From an uncultured delta proteobacterium (lineage in GTDB: Bacteria > Myxococcota_A > Polyangia > Polyangiales > Polyangiaceae), in contig CAWKKR010000001.1 in NCBI GenBank assembly GCA_963850305.1, forward strand, positions 64,001 to 128,000: a stretch of DNA of 64,000 nucleotides, written 5' to 3'. The position numbers were made by a program, and so were the translations under genes. Shown here piece after piece: positions 39,649 through 48,969 of the stretch; positions within the stretch are counted from its first letter, which is position 1; every line of letters begins with the position of its first letter. Below the pieces are notes generated by a model. The model ran no database searches and was not told the DNA's origin. It saw nothing but the letters and a program-made list of their open reading frames with translations.

Positions 39649-40485
39649 TCAGATATCGATCTGAAGAACCGCCGGCGCACCGGCGCCAAGACAGCGCTCG
39701 GTCATTGCGGAAAAGCTCGACGGAAAGTCGGTGACCAGGAGCTCGAGGGGATCGCCCGAAAGGCGCGACCTGGCGAGCCCACGCGATTCGAGCAGGTTCG
39801 CGACGACTTCCGAGGTGGCCTCCGCGCTGTCCACGACGGCAATAGGGCGACCCGCAAGCCTGGTCGCGGTAGCCGCGATCATGTGCTTGAGCAAGGGATA
39901 GTGAGTGCAGCCGAGCACAATCACCCCGACGTCAGCCTCGACGAGCGGCAGGAGATACCGCTCCACGGCCAGGCGCGGCACGTCGCCTTCGAGCCAGCCT
40001 TCCTCAACCAGGGGGACCAGGAGTGGCGCCGGGCTGCCGATGATTTCGAGGCGCGTCGAGATCATCCCGACCGCGCGCGAGTAGGCGCCGGAAGCGATCG
40101 TGCGCGCAGTACCCAGCACGCCAATGCGCGCGCCGCGCGAATCGCCTTCCGCGGAGAGACGGTCGGCGACGGCCACGGCCGCCGTCGCACCAGGGTCGAT
40201 AACACCGATCACGGGTAGATCGAGCTCTGCGCGCAACATCTCCAGTGCAACGGCACTCGCCGTGTTGCACGCGATGACCAGCGCCTTGATGCCACGGCGA
40301 GTGAGGACGGCCGCGCAGGACCGCGCGTAGCGGAGAATCGTGTCCGGCGAACGTGTCCCGTAAGGAACGCGCGCCGTATCTCCGAGGTACACGATCCGCT
40401 CCGCGGGGAGCCGATGACGGAGGGCTCGAACGACGGTGAGCCCTCCAAGACCGGAATCGAACACACCCAGAGGAAGATCGTTCAC
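39649..40485 (-). CDS. murI: glutamate racemase
   Basis: FDSGLGGL, PYG, IACNTAS, LGCTHY. Confidence 0.97.
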   Translation of the reverse strand: MNDLPLGVFDSGLGGLTVVRALRHRLPAERIVYLGDTARVPYGTRSPDTILRYARSCAAVLTRRGIKALVIACNTASAVALEMLRAELDLPVIGVIDPGATAAVAVADRLSAEGDSRGARIGVLGTARTIASGAYSRAVGMISTRLEIIGSPAPLLVPLVEEGWLEGDVPRLAVERYLLPLVEADVGVIVLGCTHYPLLKHMIAATATRLAGRPIAVVDSAEATSEVVANLLESRGLARSRLSGDPLELLVTDFPSSFSAMTERCLGAGAPAVLQIDI

Positions 40486-41792
40486 ACGGCCTCTATGCGA
40501 ACGAGTCGCGGGCGCGCCTTCATGAACGGAGCCTCAGCGATCCTGTCCACCGCGAGACGAACGGCTCCTTCGGTACACGAATGCGTGATCATCAGCACGA
40601 GCACGGTGGAAGCGCCGGTGCCTGCGCGACCTTCCTGCACCATCTGCTCGATGCTGACCCCTCGTTCGCCGAGCGCCCCCGCAACAAATGCCAGCACGCC
40701 GGGGCGGTCATCGACCTCGAATCGCAGGTAATAGCGCGATTCGACCTCGATCATCGGGACCAGGGTTCGTTCGCCGATGCGAATCCCGCGTGTGCTCAGA
40801 CCTGCTTGTCCTTCTATGCGCGAACGCGAGACGTCCACGATATCGGCCACGACGCTCACGGCGGTCGGCATCTCGCCCGCGCCGCGACCCACCAGCAGAC
40901 AAGGGCCCAGCGCCCGCCCTTGAATGTACACGCAGTTCAGAACGTCGTTGGTGTTCCCGATGACGCTCGATGCAGGGACCATGACCGGATGCACCCGCAG
41001 TTCCAGGGCCCCGCCCCGGTCACGCCCGATGCACAGGTGCTTGATGTTGAAGGCGAATCGCTCTGCGAATCGAAAGTCGACGTCATCGATCTCGCGAATG
41101 CCCTCGACGTGGATATCAGCCGCATTCACGCGAGCTCCAAAGGCGAGCATGGAGAGAACGATGAGCTTGTGCGCCGCGTCGTGTCCGTCCACATCGAGGG
41201 ACGGCTCCGCCTCGGCGTATCCGAGCCGTTGCGCGTCTGCGAGAATCACATCGAATGGCAGCTTCTCCTCGCGCATTCGCGTCAGAATGTAGTTGCAGGT
41301 TCCGTTGAGGATCGCGTGCACACTGAGGATCCGGTCGCTCGTCAAGGCTTCTCTCAGGGTGCGGATCACTGGGATCCCCCCGCCGACTGATGCCTCGAAC
41401 GCCAGATCCACGCCCTTTTCCGAGGCGAGCCGAACCAACGACGGACCGTCACGGGCGAGGAGCAGCTTGTTGGCCGAGACGACGCTCTTGCCAGCATTGA
41501 GCGCACGCTCGATGTAACCGCGGGCGGGTTCCTCGCTCCCCATAACCTCCACGACCACGTCGACGGCATCGTCGCCGAGCACGCGCTCCGCGTCGGTCGT
41601 GACAAGGGCAATGTCGCATTCCGGCACCCGCATCCGAGTCGCGTCCCGAACGAGAATGTGCGCTATTTCGAGAGGCGCGCCGATCTTCGACTCGAGGTGA
41701 TCCTCACTACCACGGATCAGGCGCACCACACCGCCGCCGACGGTGCCGCATCCGAGCAACGCGATCCGCACTGGCCTTTTCTCGCTCGACAC
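40482..41792 (-). CDS. hom: homoserine dehydrogenase with ACT domain
   Basis: GCGTVG, SANK, EASVGGGIP, NGTCNYIL, GYAEAEP..DVDG.D, GRGAG, DRPGVLA. Confidence 0.96.
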   Translation of the reverse strand: MSSEKRPVRIALLGCGTVGGGVVRLIRGSEDHLESKIGAPLEIAHILVRDATRMRVPECDIALVTTDAERVLGDDAVDVVVEVMGSEEPARGYIERALNAGKSVVSANKLLLARDGPSLVRLASEKGVDLAFEASVGGGIPVIRTLREALTSDRILSVHAILNGTCNYILTRMREEKLPFDVILADAQRLGYAEAEPSLDVDGHDAAHKLIVLSMLAFGARVNAADIHVEGIREIDDVDFRFAERFAFNIKHLCIGRDRGGALELRVHPVMVPASSVIGNTNDVLNCVYIQGRALGPCLLVGRGAGEMPTAVSVVADIVDVSRSRIEGQAGLSTRGIRIGERTLVPMIEVESRYYLRFEVDDRPGVLAFVAGALGERGVSIEQMVQEGRAGTGASTVLVLMITHSCTEGAVRLAVDRIAEAPFMKARPRLVRIEAV

Positions 41793-41873
41793 GACCGTTA
41801 ATCTCCTTGAACCGTGACTCTGCCCGAGCCTTGCCCGTGACGGGCGTCTTTTTCAAACAGCGCATCCGTCTTG

Positions 41874-43499
41874 TTACATGGACGCCGGTACCGGCCTCGG
41901 ATCGACATGCGCCGGGCCCTGAGCGCCCGCGACCGCCTCCAGCCATCCGAGCTTGGGCCGAATGCGCGCGCGGATACTGCGCAGCGGGGCACTCGTCATC
42001 TCCGCTTCGAAAGGTCGGATCCTCGGTCGCCCGGCATTCGCAGCGACGAGACTGGGAGCACCGGTCACGACGTCCGATTCGTATACGAAAAACGAGTGAT
42101 AGTGCATCTTGCCGTCCGCACGCTCGCCGTAGATCGCAATGATGTCGCCGGGCCGATACCGATGGCGGTGCGCGAAGAGATCGGCGAAGAACGCCACCCG
42201 ACGTGCATACGGGACCCGTTCGTTGTCGGGGATCTCCTCGACGTCGAAGGACTGCGGGTGAGTCTTCGCGAAATCGATGAACCGTTCGACGCTGCGCTCG
42301 TTGTCAATGCCCAGCGATTCGAAGTCGAGGCGACCTTCGACCCGTTCGCGAGGCTCTCCGCGTCGACGATACCAGGTGCCGCTAGCGCGCTCGAACGTAT
42401 CGGTCACGAAGTCGATGCACACTTGCGGCACTCGCGGTCTTCCGAGCTGGTCGAACACCTCGTAGCGGTCATCATTGAAATCGAACCCGCTGCGGCCATA
42501 GCGGTACGCCCAGACCCAACTCTGGCGGAGCTTACCGTCCTGCTGCCCGATCTCCGTCCTTGGCTCATCGAATGGCAGAGCTTCGGCAACCTCGTCACGC
42601 ATGACAGCCCGCAACCGATCGAGAACGACGTCGCGCCGCAGCACGTCATCGCGGGCCCGAGCGACGGCGTCGTCTCGTCCGCGCGGAACCGAGTCGCATT
42701 GGAATACGAGCCGCGAGCCCTCGGCTCGCAAGACGGTCGGCACCGATACCGCGCCGTAAAGCAAATCGGCCACCACCTCCGTCTCGGACAGATGCCGGAT
42801 CCTCATCTCGGAGAACCCTAATTGACGCGCAACGGCACGGACGTCCCGATGAATCGGATGCCCCAGATCCTCTCGACGGAGCGCGACTCGATCCATGAGC
42901 AATAATTTCACGCGAGACCCGGCGTCCACCCCGTCCGCGTAGACGTAGCTGAGCCCGGATACATCCCTCCTCAGGATGACTCGAGAAATGACCCCGGCGC
43001 GGTCGATCCAGACGACCGGCTCGCGAAAGATATCCTCCAGTCGGACGACGCTCGACAACGCGGCAGCCAGGGCCGGCGACGACGCATAGAGATAGCCCTC
43101 CGTGAGCAGTACCTCGCGTGCAAGATCGGGACGCCGACGAAGCGCTGCGTAAGCATCGAAGAGCGATTCGACGGGATCCGAGGCGGTGAAAATGGAACTA
43201 CGTAACGCGGCCGCTTCCGGCGATAGCCCCGTCGAAACAGGCGCGCGAAGCAAGATCACGGGCTCCACTCGAGCGCGCGCGAACGTCTCCGCACGACCTC
43301 GGTCGAATTCCGGCGTTCCGGGTAACGACTCGGTCTTCTCGATCCGTGCAATTTCGTCCGCGCAGTTCCGAGCGTTGATCCGCGCCGGCGCCACCCGTCG
43401 CGGGCTCGGCGCAGGCGATCGAGTTCGCTCCGATCGCGTAGCCGCACCGTGGCACGAGGCCAGTAACGGCAACAAAGTGACGAGGTAGCGACACCTCAT
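41874..43499 (-). CDS. large lipoprotein of unknown function
   Basis: LLPLLAS|C lipobox; C-terminal PQVCIDFV...RPGDII...YHSFFV. Confidence 0.75.
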   Translation of the reverse strand: MRCRYLVTLLPLLASCHGAATRSERTRSPAPSPRRVAPARINARNCADEIARIEKTESLPGTPEFDRGRAETFARARVEPVILLRAPVSTGLSPEAAALRSSIFTASDPVESLFDAYAALRRRPDLAREVLLTEGYLYASSPALAAALSSVVRLEDIFREPVVWIDRAGVISRVILRRDVSGLSYVYADGVDAGSRVKLLLMDRVALRREDLGHPIHRDVRAVARQLGFSEMRIRHLSETEVVADLLYGAVSVPTVLRAEGSRLVFQCDSVPRGRDDAVARARDDVLRRDVVLDRLRAVMRDEVAEALPFDEPRTEIGQQDGKLRQSWVWAYRYGRSGFDFNDDRYEVFDQLGRPRVPQVCIDFVTDTFERASGTWYRRRGEPRERVEGRLDFESLGIDNERSVERFIDFAKTHPQSFDVEEIPDNERVPYARRVAFFADLFAHRHRYRPGDIIAIYGERADGKMHYHSFFVYESDVVTGAPSLVAANAGRPRIRPFEAEMTSAPLRSIRARIRPKLGWLEAVAGAQGPAHVDPRPVPASM

Positions 43500-43583
43500 T
43501 CTTCCAGGATATCGCTTCTCAGCTCGCTCTGCTCATTGTGGCGACCCACCCGACCGGAGAACCGCCGCATCGATGCGTCGCGA

Positions 43584-46031
43584 CTAGTTCGATTGACTAG
43601 TCTGAGCCAAAGCCTGCTGTTTTGCCATTTCTTCGGTCCATTCCGGCGATGGCTGCGGGATCCGCTCCAGCGCCGCGGCCAGCACCTCGTCGAGTTTCGT
43701 GACGAAGACAAACTCGAGCTCGTCCCGGATCTCCTGCGGAACCTCTTCCAGATCCGCCTTGTTGCGGTCGGGCACGATGACGCGCTTGATACCAGCGCGG
43801 TGCGCCGCAAGCGTTTTCTCCTTGAGCCCGCCGATGGGGAGCACGCGACCGCGGAGCGAGATCTCCCCGGTCATCGCCACGTCGTGGCGGACCCGGATGC
43901 CGGTGAGGAGTGAAACGAGGGCAGTGAACATCGTGATCCCAGCGCTCGGACCATCCTTCGGCATGCCGCCTGCCGGGATATGAATGTGCACGTCGCTCTT
44001 CTCGAGGAAGTCCTTTCCGATGCTGAATTTTTCAGCGTTCGCCCGCACGTAGCTGAGGGCAGCGTGCGCGCTCTCCTTCATCACGTCCCCGAGCTGGCCC
44101 GTGAGCTGGAGCTTGCCGGTGCCGAACATTCGCGTCGCCTCGATGAAGAGAATCTCACCCCCCGCGCTCGTCCAAGCGAGACCGGTGGCTACGCCGGTCT
44201 CCTCCGTGCGCTCCGCAACCTCGCTCGTGTACTTCACCGGACCGAGGAACTCCCTCAGCTGGTCCTCGGTCTTGATGACGCGCCTCTGTTGATCACCCTC
44301 CGCGACCTTCACGGCGACACCACGAATGACGCTCGCTATCTGACGTTCTAGGGAGCGAACACCGGCTTCGCGGGTGTAATGCTCGATGATTTCCTCGATG
44401 GCCTCGTCCGTCACGTCGAGAAGCTCGGTAGTAATCCCGTGCTCCTCGAGTTGCTTCGGGATGAGGTGTTGCCTCGCAATCGCGAGCTTTTCCTTTCGCG
44501 TGTATCCGGGCAGCTCCAGGATCTCCATTCTGTCGCGGAGAGGTGGCGGAATCGGGTCCGCAATGTTCGCGGTCGCAACGAACATCACCTTCGAGAGGTC
44601 ATAAGGGATCTCGAGGTAGTGATCCGCGAACGTATTGTTCTGCTCGGGGTCGAGCACCTCGAGGAGGGCAGCGCTCGGGTCGCCCCGGAAATCGTGACCA
44701 ATCTTGTCCACCTCGTCCATCATGAATACGGGGTTCACGGTGGCGGCCTTTTTCATCCCCTGGATGATCTGTCCGGGCAGCGCGCCCACGTAGGTCCTGC
44801 GATGGCCGCGAATCGCTGCTTCGTCGTGGACGCCGCCGAGCGACACGCGCACGAACTTCCGTCCGAGAGACCGGGCGATGCTCTTGCCCAGAGAGGTCTT
44901 GCCGACACCTGGAGGGCCGAGGAGACAGAGGATCGGACCCTTCTTGTCCTTCTTGAGCTTTCGCACCGCGAGATATTCGACGATCCGCTTTTTTACTTTT
45001 TCGAGGCCATAGTGGTCCTCGTCGAGGACCCGACGCACCTCGAGAATCTGAAGGTTGTCCTCCGTGGTGCTCGTCCAGGGAACGTCCAGAATCCAGTCGA
45101 GGTACGTCCGCACGACCGTGTATTCGGCGCTGCCCACCTGCATCGTCCGGAGGCGCTTGAGTTGCTTCTTGGCAACTTGATCCGCCTCCGCAGGAAGCTC
45201 GGCCTTCGCGAGCCGCTCCTCGAGACCATCCAGATCTCCCTGGTCGCCATCCTCTTCGCCGAGTTCCTCTTTGATCGCCTTCAGCTGCTGACGAAGGACG
45301 TACTCACGCTGATTCTTGCCCATTTCCTCTTTGATCTGGGAGTTAATGCGTTCACGCATCTTCAGGATCTCGAGCTGCCGCGTGAGCAACCGGAGCACCT
45401 TGCGGATGCGCTCCTTCACGTCGACGGTTTCGATGAGCTGCGCCTTTTCATCGACCGGCGCGTCGAGGTTCGTCGCGACGAGATCGGCGAGCGCGCCGGG
45501 CGCCTGGATCGAGTCGATCAGCGAACCCGCCTCCCGAGGCAACTCCGGCATGAGCTGAATCACCTGCTTCGCGATGTCCCGCAGACTCATCGCCAGCGCC
45601 TCCGCCTCGACGTCTTCGGTCGCGACGGATTCGATGCGCCTGATCTTCGCTCGAAGATACGGGCCCGTCTGTGTGATCGTCTCGAGGCGGATACGCGTGA
45701 GGCCCTGGAGGATCAGAGAGTAGTTGCCTGAGCTGTGCTTCAAGGCCTTGAGCACCCGCGCCGCGCACCCCACCGGATACAGATCCTCCGCCTCGGGGTC
45801 GTCGGTCGATGGATCTCGTTGAGCGAAGATCGCGATGACCGGGGTTGGTAGATCCTGTACGTCCTCGACTAGCGCCACCGACTTCTCTCGTCCCACGTCG
45901 AACGGGGCAACGCCGCCCGGGAACAGAACCGCATTCCGAATGGGCAGCACGGCGAGTTCGTCAGCAAACTTCAGCTCGTCGTCGCTCGGCTGAGCCAGCG
46001 TGGCGGGGGCTGCCTTCTTTTTGTCGCTCAT
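43584..46031 (-). CDS. lon: ATP-dependent Lon protease
   Basis: Lon N-domain, [21 protein letters not shown] catalytic Ser, GGLKEK catalytic Lys. Confidence 0.98.
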   Translation of the reverse strand: MSDKKKAAPATLAQPSDDELKFADELAVLPIRNAVLFPGGVAPFDVGREKSVALVEDVQDLPTPVIAIFAQRDPSTDDPEAEDLYPVGCAARVLKALKHSSGNYSLILQGLTRIRLETITQTGPYLRAKIRRIESVATEDVEAEALAMSLRDIAKQVIQLMPELPREAGSLIDSIQAPGALADLVATNLDAPVDEKAQLIETVDVKERIRKVLRLLTRQLEILKMRERINSQIKEEMGKNQREYVLRQQLKAIKEELGEEDGDQGDLDGLEERLAKAELPAEADQVAKKQLKRLRTMQVGSAEYTVVRTYLDWILDVPWTSTTEDNLQILEVRRVLDEDHYGLEKVKKRIVEYLAVRKLKKDKKGPILCLLGPPGVGKTSLGKSIARSLGRKFVRVSLGGVHDEAAIRGHRRTYVGALPGQIIQGMKKAATVNPVFMMDEVDKIGHDFRGDPSAALLEVLDPEQNNTFADHYLEIPYDLSKVMFVATANIADPIPPPLRDRMEILELPGYTRKEKLAIARQHLIPKQLEEHGITTELLDVTDEAIEEIIEHYTREAGVRSLERQIASVIRGVAVKVAEGDQQRRVIKTEDQLREFLGPVKYTSEVAERTEETGVATGLAWTSAGGEILFIEATRMFGTGKLQLTGQLGDVMKESAHAALSYVRANAEKFSIGKDFLEKSDVHIHIPAGGMPKDGPSAGITMFTALVSLLTGIRVRHDVAMTGEISLRGRVLPIGGLKEKTLAAHRAGIKRVIVPDRNKADLEEVPQEIRDELEFVFVTKLDEVLAAALERIPQPSPEWTEEMAKQQALAQTSQSN

Positions 46032-46364
46032 GTTTCTTCCTTGGTGAATCCCAGACCTGCCCGAATCAAGGTACTCAGCCCGAAGCTAATCACACATTCT
46101 CGACTGGCCAGCCCTCTACATCGAATCTCGGCGGCTCGATCAGGCCGAGCGCTGAGCAGCGCGTCAGCGATACCAGCTGCGATAAAACTGGCGACTCAGG
46201 TTTAGCTCCGTTTGGGGGGCCGGTCGCACGCTTCGAAAAGACCCCAGGAACTGCTTGAAATAAAGGCCGGAAGCGGCTGTTTCCGCTGGCTTCTCCAATG
46301 CCCACCCCCTTCCCCTTCCCTTTTTGCCGGTCTCGGCAAGTCTGCGCAATAGTACTTTGCCCGC

Positions 46365-47300
46365 GTGCGAACGATTTTCTTCGGAACCCCGGAAATCGCG
46401 GTACCCGCCCTTCGCGCGCTCGCGGCGACCACCGATCTCGTCGGTGTGGTGTGCCAGCCGGATCGTCCCTCCGGTCGCGGTCTCGACGTGACGTCTCCGG
46501 CCGTCAAACGCGCGGCGGCGGAGCTGGGCATCCCCGTACACCAACCCACTCGGGTGAAGGAGGCGCTCGACGGCTGGGTCCGGTCGCAGTCGCCGGACGT
46601 CGCCGTCGTCATGGCGTACGGCCGCATATTGCCCAAGAGCGTCCTCGACGTCCCTCGTCTGGGGTGTGTGAACCTGCACGCCTCCTTGCTTCCAAAGTTT
46701 CGCGGCGCCGCCCCGATTCAATGGGCACTCATTCGAGGTGAGACCGAGACCGGGATGACGCTCATGCAGATGGACGAGGGGATGGACACCGGTCCCGTCT
46801 TCTGCGAGCGACGCGTTCCCATTTCGACCGAAGACACAGCTGGCAGCCTGGCGCCGAAGCTCGCAGCGCTCGGCGCAGCCGTCGTAACCGACGATCTTCC
46901 GCGGGCGCTTTCGGGCGACCTTCCTCTGGTGGCCCAGGATTCGAAAAATGCGACGTTTGCTCCGCCGCTGACCCGAGCCGACGGGGTTCTCGACTGGACA
47001 TCGACCGCACGCGCGCTCGTCAACCGCGTCCGGGGACTCTCTCCGAAACCCGGAGCGTTCACGATGCACGGTGATCGTTCGCTGAAGGTACTGTCCGCCG
47101 CCGCCCTGAGCACGCAGGAGGCTTGCAGGGCGGGAACGGTCGTTCGGGCAGACAGGGGCGGAGTGTACGTCGCCTGCGGCATGGGCACTCTCGAGATCGT
47201 CCGTGCTCAAGTCGAGGGACGAAAGCCGACGACGGGGCCTGACCTCGTGAATGGCCGCTTCATCCGTCTCGGAGATGTGCTCGGTTCCCGCCGCTCGTGA
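46365..47300 (+). CDS. fmt: methionyl-tRNA formyltransferase
   Basis: FFGTP, QPDRP.GRG, AYG, NLHASLLPKFRGAAPIQWA, MDEGMDTG. Confidence 0.97.
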   Translation: MRTIFFGTPEIAVPALRALAATTDLVGVVCQPDRPSGRGLDVTSPAVKRAAAELGIPVHQPTRVKEALDGWVRSQSPDVAVVMAYGRILPKSVLDVPRLGCVNLHASLLPKFRGAAPIQWALIRGETETGMTLMQMDEGMDTGPVFCERRVPISTEDTAGSLAPKLAALGAAVVTDDLPRALSGDLPLVAQDSKNATFAPPLTRADGVLDWTSTARALVNRVRGLSPKPGAFTMHGDRSLKVLSAAALSTQEACRAGTVVRADRGGVYVACGMGTLEIVRAQVEGRKPTTGPDLVNGRFIRLGDVLGSRRS

Positions 47301-47310
47301 CGAGCGATTC

Positions 47311-48969
47311 TCACTCGCGATGCAGGCGATCCTCGAAGGCGGTTCGGCGCTCGGGATCCTGGACCCCGTCGAAATAGAACAGCCGGAACTTGCGGTAGTC
47401 GCTGCGGACCTCGTCGCCGGAGCGCCCGTTCATCGTTCGAATGTATCGATCGAGGTACGCAACGAAGTCGGGGAATGAAGCTCCGCGCGCGCCCAACGCC
47501 TTCATCAAGGCAGGATCCCAGCGCAGAGCCCTAACGGTCACAGGGCCGAGGTGCACCAGGACATTCGGAACCACGTTCGAAACATCGATTCTGTCGGCCT
47601 CACCCGACGTCAGCAAGAAGTGCGGTCTGAACGTGGCGACGAGGTAGCGCACCCCCGCATCTCCGAGGTGAATGGCCCGACCCCCGTCGATCGCGAAGGG
47701 CGCGTTCGCGTCGAACACGAGCCGAGCCTCGCGGTCAGCGAACGCAACACGAACGGCCAAGCCGCCGAAGAAGTGCGACAACACAGCAGCATCGCGCCGC
47801 TCGACTCGGAGCGCGTTCTCGTCGGTCTTCGCGTACTCGTTAACGATAACACCCCGTCGTTCGACGCCGCTCGTGGGACGTGGCGTGACCATCGGTACGG
47901 CCAGCGCGGCGATGACGAGTTCCACGTACGCGAAGGGGCGCTCGAACGAGACCGAGCAGAGAGCCAGCTCGAGCAAGATGGCGAGATACGGCGTCACCGG
48001 GATCAAGAGCCGCGCGAACGTCGCGCTGCCGCCGACGCAAACGACGTAACCCGTGTACGCCACCGCGAATGCGCTTGCAGCGAGCGCATGCACGACGAGC
48101 GGGTCCGGTGACGCATCCGCTCGCAGTAGCGCGCCGCGCCCCTTCCAGAGAGCCGCATCTATCGTGAAAGGCGACAAAAAGAGTACCCAATATTTCTGCA
48201 AGTACGTTCCGAGATACGCGAATCCTCGCGCCGGACCGCCGAACCTCGCCTCGTAGGGAGAGGCAGCGCCTGCCCCGTAGTACAGATGGCGGACTGCGGC
48301 CGCGAAGCCGAGGATCGCCGCGAGACAAAGAAGGAACCGCATCGCGGTCGCTGCGCGTCGGGGCGGCGTGATCAACAGGAGTAAAAATGCGACCGCGCCG
48401 AAGACTAGCCCATCGGGGCGAAGCAATGTCGAGACGCCGAAGAGCAGGGCGGACAGGATCGGCCGCGGGGTGCCGCCGGTGAGACCCGAAACGAGCATCC
48501 AATATCCGACGAACACGCTCGCCATGAATGCGGACGTCTCGAGACCGCTCGTCGTGAACAGACTGAAATCCGGATGCAATGCCGTGGCAAGACACGCAAC
48601 GGGGAGCGTGTGTTTGCGAACGGGGAGACGCCCACGGAGGTCGAGATGGAAGGCGAGAAGCAATACGAGGATGATCGCGGCGGCGATCACACCCGATACG
48701 ACCCCCCAACTCTCCGGAGATACACGAAAGACCATCCCAAGCGCGATCCAGAGTGCCCAGAGTGGGTTCTTCAGGCCATCTACCCGCTCCCCCACGTTGA
48801 ACACTAGGCCGTGTCCTTCGACCAGGTTGCGGGCATAACGAAAGGTGATGAAGGCCGCATCCGCGGTCCACGCGTTCCACGCCGCGAGCCCGAGCCCCAC
48901 GAGCACGGCAGCTGCACCGGCCAACGCCGCCGGTTCGCGCGCGTCGAACTCGGCAGGCTTCGCGGTCAT
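47311..48969 (-). CDS. GT-C fold polytopic glycosyltransferase (AftB-like N-terminal motif)
   Basis: D.AFITFRYARNLVEGHGLVFNVGERVDG, SGLET, LLRPDG, RLLIP, many TM helices. Confidence 0.75.
   Translation of the reverse strand: MTAKPAEFDAREPAALAGAAAVLVGLGLAAWNAWTADAAFITFRYARNLVEGHGLVFNVGERVDGLKNPLWALWIALGMVFRVSPESWGVVSGVIAAAIILVLLLAFHLDLRGRLPVRKHTLPVACLATALHPDFSLFTTSGLETSAFMASVFVGYWMLVSGLTGGTPRPILSALLFGVSTLLRPDGLVFGAVAFLLLLITPPRRAATAMRFLLCLAAILGFAAAVRHLYYGAGAASPYEARFGGPARGFAYLGTYLQKYWVLFLSPFTIDAALWKGRGALLRADASPDPLVVHALAASAFAVAYTGYVVCVGGSATFARLLIPVTPYLAILLELALCSVSFERPFAYVELVIAALAVPMVTPRPTSGVERRGVIVNEYAKTDENALRVERRDAAVLSHFFGGLAVRVAFADREARLVFDANAPFAIDGGRAIHLGDAGVRYLVATFRPHFLLTSGEADRIDVSNVVPNVLVHLGPVTVRALRWDPALMKALGARGASFPDFVAYLDRYIRTMNGRSGDEVRSDYRKFRLFYFDGVQDPERRTAFEDRLHRE

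Noticed and set aside
44379..45731. Long ORFs antisense to lon, dnaK (10839..12044), the fusion gene (59714..61120) and the M1 peptidase (12960..14042)
   Set aside because: Expected stop-poor shadow frames in high-GC coding DNA; no recognisable motifs.
46032..46364. CIRCE or other heat-shock element before lon
   Set aside because: No TTAGCACTC-N9-GAGTGCTAA or other convincing consensus seen.
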